From Bacteroidales bacterium (GTDB taxonomy: Bacteria; Bacteroidota; Bacteroidia; Bacteroidales; UBA932): 47,584 nt of DNA. The notes beneath the pieces were generated by a model. It worked only from the letters and a program-made list of their open reading frames with translations. It was not told where the DNA came from and did no database searches. The first letter of the stretch is position 1. Each line of letters begins with the position of its first letter. Of the stretch, positions 1 through 8,620 are shown one piece after another. Where the stretch lies: the NCBI GenBank assembly GCA_012511975.1, contig JAAZEZ010000069.1:1-47584 (forward strand), written 5' to 3'. The position numbers and the translations under genes are program-made.

Positions 1-129
1 AGCTCATATTTGGAGCTTTTACAGAGAAAAAAATCAAATAACAAGGCGATTTCTCGAACCGAAAATGACGAAAATCAGCAAAAAGTCAGCCCAAAACGCC
101 TAAACTCGAATGTGCAACAGTCTCAACAA

Positions 130-378
130 ATGAATGAGCAGACAGAACGAGATCGTAAGCGAAAAGAGCTGAATAAGCCTCGCTGGGATAACTGGCACGT
201 ACGCTTGCCTGACCCGAAAGACCAGCAACGGGCGATTGACTTGTTCCATAAATCAGGGGCGGAAACGAAGTCCGACTTCGTGCGGGCAAGGATATTGGGG
301 GAGCATTTCAAGGTGATAACGGTGGATAAGTCTGCCGTGGAGTACTATCTAATCTTCTATATGATAGAAAATCTCTAA
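130..378 (+). pseudogene. Truncated Bacteroidales mobilisation/relaxosome accessory protein (MobA/MobC type, ribbon-helix-helix-like)
   Basis: ATG at 130 gives MNEQTERDRKRKELNKPRWDNWHVRL...SGAETKSDFVRARILGEHFKVITVDKSAVEYY, which resembles Bacteroides mobilisation proteins. Similarity stops at ~348, where AT-rich sequence begins; the expected C-terminal helix (IGxNxNQ-type) is missing. Confidence 0.65.
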
Positions 379-985
379 TATATTATAACTCAAGGCTTGC
401 TCACCTGATTTAAATTCATTTTTATAAAAACTTTCAGAATTTAACAGATTTATTTGATCATAAAATGCAAATTCTATGGCGATATCAGTTAGTTTCTTAA
501 TCCTTCGCCTTTTAAACTTTATATCATCTTGAAAGATCGACAACTGTTTCGTATCAATATCAACAACATAATCATAAGTCTTAAATACTTCTAAAGGTAA
601 ATTTACCCTTATTTCCCCTCTTGGAGGAATTGGCGTGAAGTGATATAAAACTTGCCATTTATTTATCAGTCGTCTTTCTCCTATGATTAATTTGTCTGTA
701 TAATGTACAGATAAAAAAGGCACCAATGGGAGAAAAGACAATTTGAGTAGATTTCTATTCCTGTTGTATCTGTGAAGCCATTTTGATTTATAGAAATCTT
801 TACATATATAGCTATCAAATAGATAGAGTGTATCTTGGGATACATTAAAAAACAATTTGGCAACATGTATCCTCTTTTAAAACGGTAGCTGTAATTCTCT
901 TCTCCTGTGTTACCTGTGCAGAGTTCTGCGCAGGCAACACAAAAAGACTTATTGCTACATAAAGCATATTAACATACCTTTTCAT
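349..985 (-). pseudogene. Candidate immunity protein with signal peptide, frameshifted at an A6 run (847-852)
   Basis: ATG at 985 overlaps the TGA of the upstream HEXXH ORF (ATGA). It reads MKRYVNMLYVAISLFVLPAQNSAQ...CCQIVF* (stop 845-847) and continues in the 349..855 frame (FNVSQDTLYLFDSY...). Removing one base gives ~211 aa. Confidence 0.55.
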
Positions 986-1510
986 TTCCTAACCTTGCGA
1001 TTGTGTGTTTCATCATACTGACGCTTCGGCAATTGTAAAATTCCCCTCACAATATTGTTAAAATCAAGAACCTCATGCTGCCCCTTCCCTTCATAAACGA
1101 CATGACCAATCTCATGAAAAGTCAAATCAGTTTGGTTTGTCTGATAAGTAACTTTTTTAAATCGGGCACCATTTTGAGGATCAATCGGTTCTTTATAATA
1201 GGCATCTGTAACTTCCATTGTTTCTCCAATCGTCTTATTCGGATCTACAACTATCAAATTTTGATCATAATTCTCATTTTCGCTTGCCAGCAATATTGCA
1301 GCACCTCCTCCAGATTCTGCCTTGAAAGTTCTTTTATTTCCATACCTATCGGTTATTTGGGTGTCCTTGCCATATTGTATGTTTGTAATGGTCTTGCTAT
1401 ACATTACTTCTTTTAGTCTTTTGAATACTTCGCGTTGTGCTTTGTCCATACCTTTTTTTTCGCCACTAAACACAAGCATATCTGATTGTGTGTAAGAGAA
1501 CTTATACCGA
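982..1510 (-). pseudogene. Orphan C-terminal zinc-metallopeptidase toxin domain (HEXXH, M91/Rhs-CT-like), N-terminus missing
   Basis: TFHEIGH followed by NNIVRGILQLPKR, resembling the ENxIRxxLGLPxR tail of M91-like domains; AT-rich. The upstream part of ORF 982..1692 is an alternative frame of a different, more GC-rich gene. Confidence 0.6.
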
Positions 1511-1765
1511 TGTCCCGAAATAGAATCCGGCAAAACAGCTGAGAAATGCCAGACCGAGAAATACGTCAAGAGGACTACCGTAAAAACGTATAAGACAGAA
1601 CACCATTGCAATCGTGAGAATGGTGAGAAAGAGGCCGTCCCCCACTGATGTGTCGTGGAGCAAATAACAGAGGAAAGCATGCGCGAGAGCAAAGAGAAAT
1701 ATTATTAGATTGGCCTTACCGAAATCTCTCCTGCCATTGCCTGTCCTTTTAAAAAATCCTCCCAT
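1502..1765 (-). CDS. Small hydrophobic membrane protein, probably 3'-truncated at the ~1505 junction
   Basis: ATG start, three hydrophobic segments and host-like composition; the stop falls right at the compositional break. Confidence 0.5.
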   Translation of the reverse strand: MGGFFKRTGNGRRDFGKANLIIFLFALAHAFLCYLLHDTSVGDGLFLTILTIAMVFCLIRFYGSPLDVFLGLAFLSCFAGFYFGTSV

Positions 1766-1852
1766 ATCGTGACAAATTCGTTAATAATTGTAAATATAAG
1801 TATTTTTTTCAAACAAAAGATGGCTATATTTGTCATCTGTAACAAACTATCC

Positions 1853-3385
1853 ATGATGAAACGATTGACAATTCTTCTCGTAGCCCTTATATGGCTGCCT
1901 CTTGCCTCTTTTGCGCAAAACACTCTCTCACAGGAGGATATTTCCAATATTGAATCCTATATCGAACAGATACGCTCAGACTGGAAGATCCCGGGTATGG
2001 GCGTTTCCATCCTCAAGGATGGTGAACTTATTCTCTGCAAGGGATACGGAGTCAAAAACCTGGACAACCCTCAGGACTCGGTGGACTCCCACACCCTATT
2101 CCAAATAGGATCGGTCTCCAAATCATTCACCGCATATCTGCTTGCCACCCTGGTGGACGAAGGACTCATCAGCTGGGATAATACCGTAAAAGAGATTCTC
2201 CCCGACTTCAAAATGTACGATCCATGGGTGACAGAACACCTGCAGGTCAAGGACCTGACTTCCCACAAGACGGGAATAGGAAGACAAGTGGGTACCTATA
2301 TCCCAAATCTGGGCTACGACAGGGACGATATCTACAGGATGTTGGAGCTCATAGAGCCCTCATACACCTTCAGGGGCGCATATCAATACAACAACATCAC
2401 CTTTATTCCCGCAGCCAGGATCATCGAGAAGGTAACCGGTAAAAGCTGGGAAGATAATATCCGCGAACGCATTTTCGAGCCCCTTGGAATGGATGAATCC
2501 ACCATCAACGGTGAAGGATTTGCAGAGGCTCAAAATGTGGCGCTCCCCTACGAATTTCTCTCCAAGGAGGGAAAGATGGTGATCAATCCTCTTTACGGCG
2601 AGGAGCAGGCACTCTGGTGGCTCACTGTCATCGGACCCGCCGGATCTATCTGCTGTCCTCCCAAAGACCTTATCAAATGGGCGCAATTCCAGCTCGATGG
2701 AGGTAAAGTGGATGGTAAGGAACTGATATCTAAGAAAAATATGGACTATCTTCACAGAGGAGTCACCATAACCTCTCAGAGCGAATCCAAAACCACTCTC
2801 TACAGCCACTGCTGGTTCATTGAGCAGAGCAAGAAAGGACGCATCTATTTTCACACAGGCACTACCTGGGGAATGACCACCTTGTGCGCATTTGTGCCTG
2901 AATTAGATCTGGGACTCACCATCCAGGTCAACTCGGAAGCTCCCAGTGAGCCCCGCTATGCAGTACTGCGTCGTCTGGTGGACCTCTGTCTCGACCTTGA
3001 AGACTATGACTACAACGCGGAATTCTTGAAAGAATGGTACGCCAATGCTGCTAAAAAGGCTGAAGAAGAGGAAAAAGCTGCTGCCGAAAAGGTAGTAGAA
3101 CCCGCTCCGGACTCAAAACTGCTTGTAGGCAAATATACGAAAGACCCTCTCTTTGGAGAAGCATGGATAACTCTCGAGAAAGGTAAACTATACATCAAAA
3201 TAGGTAAACAGGGCTGGAAACATGAAATGACCCATGTCAGCGGCAACATCTACAAGTTCCGTTCTGATGGTACTGCCTTCGAGATTAAATTCAAATTTGA
3301 GGAGGGACAAAAGAAGGCTGCATCATTTGAAGTTGACTTCAAGGAGGGTGAAGATTTCGGTCCCTGGACTAGATTAAGCAAATAA
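1853..3385 (+). CDS. Secreted serine hydrolase, beta-lactamase class C/PBP-like family with C-terminal DUF3471-like domain
   Basis: Signal peptide MMKRLTILLVALIWLPLASFAQ; SxxK (FQIGSVSK), YxN (YQYNN) and HTG motifs; TATATTTG promoter-like motif upstream. Confidence 0.85.
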   Translation: MMKRLTILLVALIWLPLASFAQNTLSQEDISNIESYIEQIRSDWKIPGMGVSILKDGELILCKGYGVKNLDNPQDSVDSHTLFQIGSVSKSFTAYLLATLVDEGLISWDNTVKEILPDFKMYDPWVTEHLQVKDLTSHKTGIGRQVGTYIPNLGYDRDDIYRMLELIEPSYTFRGAYQYNNITFIPAARIIEKVTGKSWEDNIRERIFEPLGMDESTINGEGFAEAQNVALPYEFLSKEGKMVINPLYGEEQALWWLTVIGPAGSICCPPKDLIKWAQFQLDGGKVDGKELISKKNMDYLHRGVTITSQSESKTTLYSHCWFIEQSKKGRIYFHTGTTWGMTTLCAFVPELDLGLTIQVNSEAPSEPRYAVLRRLVDLCLDLEDYDYNAEFLKEWYANAAKKAEEEEKAAAEKVVEPAPDSKLLVGKYTKDPLFGEAWITLEKGKLYIKIGKQGWKHEMTHVSGNIYKFRSDGTAFEIKFKFEEGQKKAASFEVDFKEGEDFGPWTRLSK

Positions 3386-3402
3386 TAAAACAGACATACA
3401 AC

Positions 3403-4194
3403 ATGAAACGCATTTCCATCTTCATTTTCACACTGCTCTTTGCAGGTTCGCTTTTCGCACAATCGCCCATTATCGGCATCTCCTCCTACAGGAGTGGTGC
3501 CTCCCATGTGGCCGGCAACACCTATGTCAACTCCGTCCGTATGGCCGGTGGGGTACCCTTAATCATCCCCGTTACCACCGATGACACACAAATAGAGGCC
3601 ATACTTAATGCGATTGACGGTCTTATAATGACAGGCGGCGAAGATTTTGATCCACTTAAATGGTATGGAGAAGAACCCCTGAGAGCCAATGGCGAAATTG
3701 CCCCTGAAAGGGACGATTTTGATGTCAAACTGATCAGAGCAGCTGTGGCCAAAGGCATTCCGGTATTGGGCATCTGCCGCGGCCAGCAACTGATGAGTAT
3801 TGCTTTTGGCGGTTCACTCTACCAGGACATCCCCTCACAGGTCAAGAGCAGCTATGTCAAGCACAGACAGGGTGACACTCCAGGTTATTATGGCACCCAT
3901 ACCATCTCTATAGAAAAGGGCTCCATACTGGCTGATGTGACAGGCAGCGACAAAGCCGTGGTCAATTCATTCCACCATCAGGCCATCAAAGCGATGCCTG
4001 CAGGATTTAAGGTGACAGCCAGATCGGCAGACGGAATAATTGAAGCAGTAGAAAGGGTTGCTCCCCTCAAAGGTTATGCTGACGGTGGCGCAATGATAGT
4101 TGGCACTCAATTTCACCCTGAGATAATGACCAACGCCGGCAATCCCCTCTTCCTGGGACTCTTCCAAAAACTGGTGTCCGAAGCCGCCAAGTAG
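3403..4194 (+). CDS. Peptidase C26 / gamma-glutamyl-gamma-aminobutyrate hydrolase family, with signal peptide
   Basis: DGLIMTGGED, LGICRG (catalytic Cys), VNSFHHQ and QFHPE (His-Glu) motifs. Confidence 0.88.
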   Translation: MKRISIFIFTLLFAGSLFAQSPIIGISSYRSGASHVAGNTYVNSVRMAGGVPLIIPVTTDDTQIEAILNAIDGLIMTGGEDFDPLKWYGEEPLRANGEIAPERDDFDVKLIRAAVAKGIPVLGICRGQQLMSIAFGGSLYQDIPSQVKSSYVKHRQGDTPGYYGTHTISIEKGSILADVTGSDKAVVNSFHHQAIKAMPAGFKVTARSADGIIEAVERVAPLKGYADGGAMIVGTQFHPEIMTNAGNPLFLGLFQKLVSEAAK

Positions 4195-4201
4195 GTACTG
4201 A

Positions 4202-5557
4202 TTAAATAAAATTCTTTATCACTTCACGGGCCTGCGCGACTTTCTCTTCGAGAAGGTCTATTGATGTGGCCTCGCAGATAAAGCGGAGGAAGGGTTCTGT
4301 ATTGGAGGGACGTATGTTAAACCACCATTGGGAGAACTCCACTCTGTAACCGTCAAAGTCATAGGATGCGACCGGGCGCTCTTGCGAAACAAACAATTCG
4401 CGCACAGCAATCATCGCATCTTCCTTTTTAGATATAGGGAAGTTGATTTCTCCGGAACTGAAATAACCGTTTATCCTTTCGATAAGCTGCGAAAGCGACA
4501 CTCCTTCCCTCTTGAAACGCGCAATTACATTCAGCGCCAAAATGGCAGCCAGAAAACCGCTATCCGAATAGAAAAAATCTTTAAAATAGTAGTGACCGGC
4601 CAATTCGCCTCCGAACAGGCCATCGATCTCACGCAATTTGCGAGCTGCAAAGGCCCTGCCTACCTTCCAGGTGACAATTTCAGCACCCATGGGTTCCAGA
4701 TACTCTGCCACCGACTTGGAACTGCGTATATCCTGAAGCACGATACGCTTTGCTCCGTCATATCTCTCATTCTCAAAGAAATAATGACCCAGAAGTGCTA
4801 TTACCAGATCAGGTGAGATAAATTTGCCTCTCTCATCCACAAACATAACTCTGTCTGCATCACCGTCAAATATCACACCCACGTCACTACGTTGCGTGAT
4901 GACGGACTTCTGGAGTTCAATAAGGTTTTCAGGGACGAGGGGGTTGGGATCGTGGTTGGGGAATGTACCGTCTAACTCATCGAATAAATAAACAGGATTT
5001 TCTCCGAAAATTTTTCTCGCAAAAAGAGCCGCCATACCGTTGGAGACATCGATGCTTATTTTCAAATCCGAAATATCCTCTTTCCTGGAGTTTAAAAACG
5101 AGATATATTCCTTGGAAATGTCAAACGGGATGATTTTGCCACGGGTTTCCGCCACAGGAGTCTCCCTGCCCTCCTCAATCCATTGACGTATGGTAGAAAG
5201 ACCATTATCAAAACCAACCGGAAGAGCGTTCTTACAGGAGATTTTCATACCGTTGTACTCTTTGGGATTGTGAGAAGCGGTAATCTGTATCGAAGCCGAA
5301 AATCCGTACCTTGCGGTACCGAAGTAAACTATCGGAGTAGTACTCAGACCCAGATCGTAGACGTCAGCTCCGGCATCGTTGATGCCCTTTGCCACATATT
5401 CGAAAATCTCAGGCGAAGAGAGTCTTGTATCTCTACCTACCAATACTTTGTCCGCCTCCAGAAGAATCGGAATAAAATAACCCACCTTGTAGGCGAGGTA
5501 TTTATCGAAATCCACATTATAGATTCCGCGTATATCATATGCGTGAAATGCTCCCAT
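4202..5557 (-). CDS. Phosphomannomutase/phosphoglucomutase
   Basis: AYDIRG, ITASHNP (phosphoserine loop), FDGDADR metal loop, GELAGH and RPSNTEP motifs. Confidence 0.95.
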   Translation of the reverse strand: MGAFHAYDIRGIYNVDFDKYLAYKVGYFIPILLEADKVLVGRDTRLSSPEIFEYVAKGINDAGADVYDLGLSTTPIVYFGTARYGFSASIQITASHNPKEYNGMKISCKNALPVGFDNGLSTIRQWIEEGRETPVAETRGKIIPFDISKEYISFLNSRKEDISDLKISIDVSNGMAALFARKIFGENPVYLFDELDGTFPNHDPNPLVPENLIELQKSVITQRSDVGVIFDGDADRVMFVDERGKFISPDLVIALLGHYFFENERYDGAKRIVLQDIRSSKSVAEYLEPMGAEIVTWKVGRAFAARKLREIDGLFGGELAGHYYFKDFFYSDSGFLAAILALNVIARFKREGVSLSQLIERINGYFSSGEINFPISKKEDAMIAVRELFVSQERPVASYDFDGYRVEFSQWWFNIRPSNTEPFLRFICEATSIDLLEEKVAQAREVIKNFI

Positions 5558-5562
5558 AGCTA

Positions 5563-6120
5563 TTATTTGTCTGTTTTGACTCTATATGATGTAGTGACGT
5601 TTCCTTTAGAGATATTATTGAGTTTGCTGCCAAGCATTTTCTTGCGAATAGGGGCAGCTCTGTCGGTAAATACCACTCCATCAAGATGGTCCATCTCATG
5701 TTGCAACATCCTGGAAGCAAAGCCGTCGAATTCCTCCTCCTTTTCCTGAAAATTCTCATCAAAATATCTGATGCGAACCACTTTGGGTCTGTCAATGTCG
5801 GCATCGATATTGGGAACACTCAAACAACCTTCAGTGTAAGTACACAGCTCGTCGCTCTTGAAGGTAAAAACAGGATTAATCATTCTACGTATGAAATCGG
5901 CAAGTTCGGGATAGCGGTCAGCCAAATCACTACCGTCCACAATCAGAACTCTTAGAGAATGACCTACCTGTGGGGCTGCAAGGCCGCACCCGTCTGCATT
6001 TTTCATTGTTTCATACATGTCTTCCAGAAGCTTTGTAAGCTCTTCGCGCTGTTCGATGTCTGCTTCAGCAGCTTTCTCGCGCAACACCTGGGATCCATAT
6101 AGGTAAATAGGCAATATCAT
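5563..6120 (-). CDS. def: Peptide deformylase
   Basis: GCGLAAPQVG, EGCLS and QHEMDHLDG motifs. Confidence 0.97.
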   Translation of the reverse strand: MILPIYLYGSQVLREKAAEADIEQREELTKLLEDMYETMKNADGCGLAAPQVGHSLRVLIVDGSDLADRYPELADFIRRMINPVFTFKSDELCTYTEGCLSVPNIDADIDRPKVVRIRYFDENFQEKEEEFDGFASRMLQHEMDHLDGVVFTDRAAPIRKKMLGSKLNNISKGNVTTSYRVKTDK

Positions 6121-6136
6121 ATTAATAATTTTTTAA

Positions 6137-6559
6137 TCATTGTTGTTTCTGTGTTCTATCTAAATAACTCTGCAGAATGATGGCGGCACTGATCTTGTCC
6201 ACGGAGGACTTGTCACGACGATCCGACTTTTTCATTCCTCCCTCTATCATTGCCCTACGGGCCAGTACCGAGGTAAAACGTTCATCTTCGAGCACAACCG
6301 GAATGGAGGGAAACTTTTTCTTGAGCAAATTGATAAAGGCCTGCACCAACGGGGCGGATTGGGAATTTGTGTTGTCCATATTTAAAGGGAAGCCCACCAC
6401 AAAGAGATCCACCTTTTGATTTTGAAGGTAATTTTGAAGATAATCTATTATCTTTGCGGACGGAACAGTGTCAAGGGCTGACGCAAATATACGCAACGGA
6501 TCGCTCACTGCGATGCCGGTACGTTTGCTACCGTAGTCTATGCCTATTATCCTGTTCAT
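6137..6559 (-). CDS. ruvX: Holliday junction resolvase-like / pre-16S rRNA nuclease YqgF
   Basis: IGIDYGSKRTGIAVSD, DERFTS and DKISAAIILQSYL motifs; ruvX-def adjacency is typical of Bacteroidetes. Confidence 0.95.
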   Translation of the reverse strand: MNRIIGIDYGSKRTGIAVSDPLRIFASALDTVPSAKIIDYLQNYLQNQKVDLFVVGFPLNMDNTNSQSAPLVQAFINLLKKKFPSIPVVLEDERFTSVLARRAMIEGGMKKSDRRDKSSVDKISAAIILQSYLDRTQKQQ

Positions 6560-6563
6560 GATG

Positions 6564-6571
6564 CAAAGTTA
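6564..6571 (-). promoter_or_regulatory. Bacteroidetes -7 promoter element (TAACTTTG) 4 nt upstream of the ruvX ATG
   Basis: Exact match to TAnnTTTG. Confidence 0.6.
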
Positions 6572-6578
6572 ATGTTTT

Positions 6579-7430
6579 ATGGCACGTCAAAAAGAAAAAC
6601 ATGGTAAAAAGTTGAGATTTTCGATAATAAACGATGACTCTCACAAGGAGCTTTTCTCGTTTAGAACATCAAAAATCAACATTATACTGATCTCTATACT
6701 GGTATTGCTGGCAATAATGGCAGGCACTTACCTGCTCACTTCACGTACTTTTATAAGACAGACTATTCCCGGTTATCCTTCACCTGAAACCAGACGAATG
6801 GCGGTAGAGAACGCCATAAAAATCGATTCCCTTGAGAGAGCAATGGAGATGTGGGCATTTCAGGTGGCAAATATTCAAAGGATTGTTACAGGAAATAAAC
6901 CTCTTACACCTGATTCTCTCGGCCTGGTTAAGGAGATTCCTCTGATAGATGAGAGTCTAAGTGACCTTTATTTCCGCAACGATTCGCTCCTCAGAGAGGA
7001 GGTGCTTCGCCGTGAGCAATATAATATTTCCGGTATTAGGCAAGAGATAGAGCAGATCGAGGGACTGCACTTTTTTACCCCTGTTAGTGGTATCATTACC
7101 GAAGGATACAACAAGGCAACAGGTCATCCTTATATAGATATTGCTGCTCAGACAGGTACTATAGTGCACTCTGTATTAGATGGCACAGTCATATACGCCG
7201 GATGGAGCGATGACACCGGATATACCCTCCAGATACAACACAGTTACGATATTATATCGGTTTATAAGCACAACGAGCAACTACTCAAGTCAACCGGTGA
7301 CAAGGTTAAAGCCGGCACCCCAGTCGCAATGGTAGGTAACACAGGCAAACTTAGCACCGGCAGTCATCTCCATTTTGAGCTTTGGCACAAGGGAGAGGCA
7401 GTCGACCCCACTCTCTACATCAAGTTTTAG
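6579..7430 (+). CDS. M23 family metallopeptidase, membrane-anchored
   Basis: N-terminal TM helix; HPYID, YKH and STGSHLHFE motifs. Confidence 0.92.
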   Translation: MARQKEKHGKKLRFSIINDDSHKELFSFRTSKINIILISILVLLAIMAGTYLLTSRTFIRQTIPGYPSPETRRMAVENAIKIDSLERAMEMWAFQVANIQRIVTGNKPLTPDSLGLVKEIPLIDESLSDLYFRNDSLLREEVLRREQYNISGIRQEIEQIEGLHFFTPVSGIITEGYNKATGHPYIDIAAQTGTIVHSVLDGTVIYAGWSDDTGYTLQIQHSYDIISVYKHNEQLLKSTGDKVKAGTPVAMVGNTGKLSTGSHLHFELWHKGEAVDPTLYIKF

Positions 7431-7433
7431 AAG

Positions 7434-8600
7434 ATGGAGCAACGAAAAAGATCAGTAGCCATACTCGGATCCACCGGATCTATCGGCACACAGACCCTCG
7501 ATGTCATTTCGCGCAACAGCGACCTCTTCGAGGTGGACCTGTTAACTGCCAATAACAACAGTACACTACTGATAGAACAGGCGCTCAAATTCAAGCCCAA
7601 TAATGTAGTGATATGCAATCCCTCTAGCTATGATGAGGTCAACGACGCACTTGCACCCCACTATATAAAAGTGTTCCAAGGGATGGAGTCCATCTGCGAT
7701 TTGGTTCAAAGTTCTACTGCAGATATAGTTGTAACCGCGATGGTGGGTTTTAGCGGCCTGCAGCCCACAATTTCCGCCATTAAGGCCGGCAAAATCATAG
7801 CGCTCTCCAATAAAGAGACGCTGGTTGCCGCCGGAGAAATTATCATGTCGCTGTCAGCTGAGTACGGCAGCCCCATCATTCCTGTGGACTCAGAACACTC
7901 CGCCATATTTCAGGCACTCCAGGGGGAGCGTACCCGACCGGAAAAGTTGCTTCTGACAGCTTCCGGAGGTCCTTTTCTTCATACTCCCATAGAAGAACTA
8001 TATAAGGTTACTCGCGATGAGGCTCTCAAGCACCCCCGATGGAAGATGGGTCCCAAGGTGACGCTCGACTCTGCCACTCTGATGAACAAGGGACTGGAAG
8101 TGATAGAGGCGCGCTGGCTCTTCAACATGGACCCGGAGTGTATAGAAGTGGTAATTCACCCTCAAAGCATCATCCAGTCCATGGTACTATTTGAGGATGG
8201 ATGCGTGATAGCCCAACTCAGTTCGCCTGATATGCGGTTACCGATTCAATACGCTCTCTCATACCCCTATCGCATCCCTCTGGATACCCCAAGAATCAAT
8301 TTTACAGAGTTGGGCGAGCTGACCTTCTACGAGCCGGACAAAGAGAGGTTTCCCTGTCTGGCTATTGCCGAAGAAGCTCTCCGCAGTGGAGGAAATGCCA
8401 CCTGTGCAATGAATGGGGCTAACGAGATTGCAGTCGAAGCCTTCCTCAGAGAGAAAATCGGATTTATGGAAATACCCGATATCATCAGCAAGGCGATTGC
8501 AAAGGTTCCATTTATTGAGAAACCCACGCTGGATGATATCTATTGCACAAATTTTGCAGCGAGAGAAGCAACAGAACAAATTATTCAAAACAAACACTAA
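7434..8600 (+). CDS. dxr: 1-deoxy-D-xylulose 5-phosphate reductoisomerase
   Basis: LGSTGSIG, NKE, PVDSEHSA, LTASGGPF, HPRWKMG and DSATLMNKGLE motifs. Confidence 0.97.
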   Translation: MEQRKRSVAILGSTGSIGTQTLDVISRNSDLFEVDLLTANNNSTLLIEQALKFKPNNVVICNPSSYDEVNDALAPHYIKVFQGMESICDLVQSSTADIVVTAMVGFSGLQPTISAIKAGKIIALSNKETLVAAGEIIMSLSAEYGSPIIPVDSEHSAIFQALQGERTRPEKLLLTASGGPFLHTPIEELYKVTRDEALKHPRWKMGPKVTLDSATLMNKGLEVIEARWLFNMDPECIEVVIHPQSIIQSMVLFEDGCVIAQLSSPDMRLPIQYALSYPYRIPLDTPRINFTELGELTFYEPDKERFPCLAIAEEALRSGGNATCAMNGANEIAVEAFLREKIGFMEIPDIISKAIAKVPFIEKPTLDDIYCTNFAAREATEQIIQNKH

Positions 8601-8620
8601 CGAAATAGACTATAAAGATA

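Noticed and set aside
1..129. Possible oriT upstream of the mob gene
   Set aside because: The position is plausible, but I cannot identify a nic site or inverted repeat.
982..1692. 236-aa ORF as one genuine membrane-anchored protease
   Set aside because: Its first ~60 codons are an alternative frame of the 1502..1765 gene across a compositional break, so it is treated as a chance read-through.
1853..3385. Call as an AmpC resistance gene
   Set aside because: It has the family motifs only; the extra C-terminal domain and HTG triad fit broader serine hydrolases.
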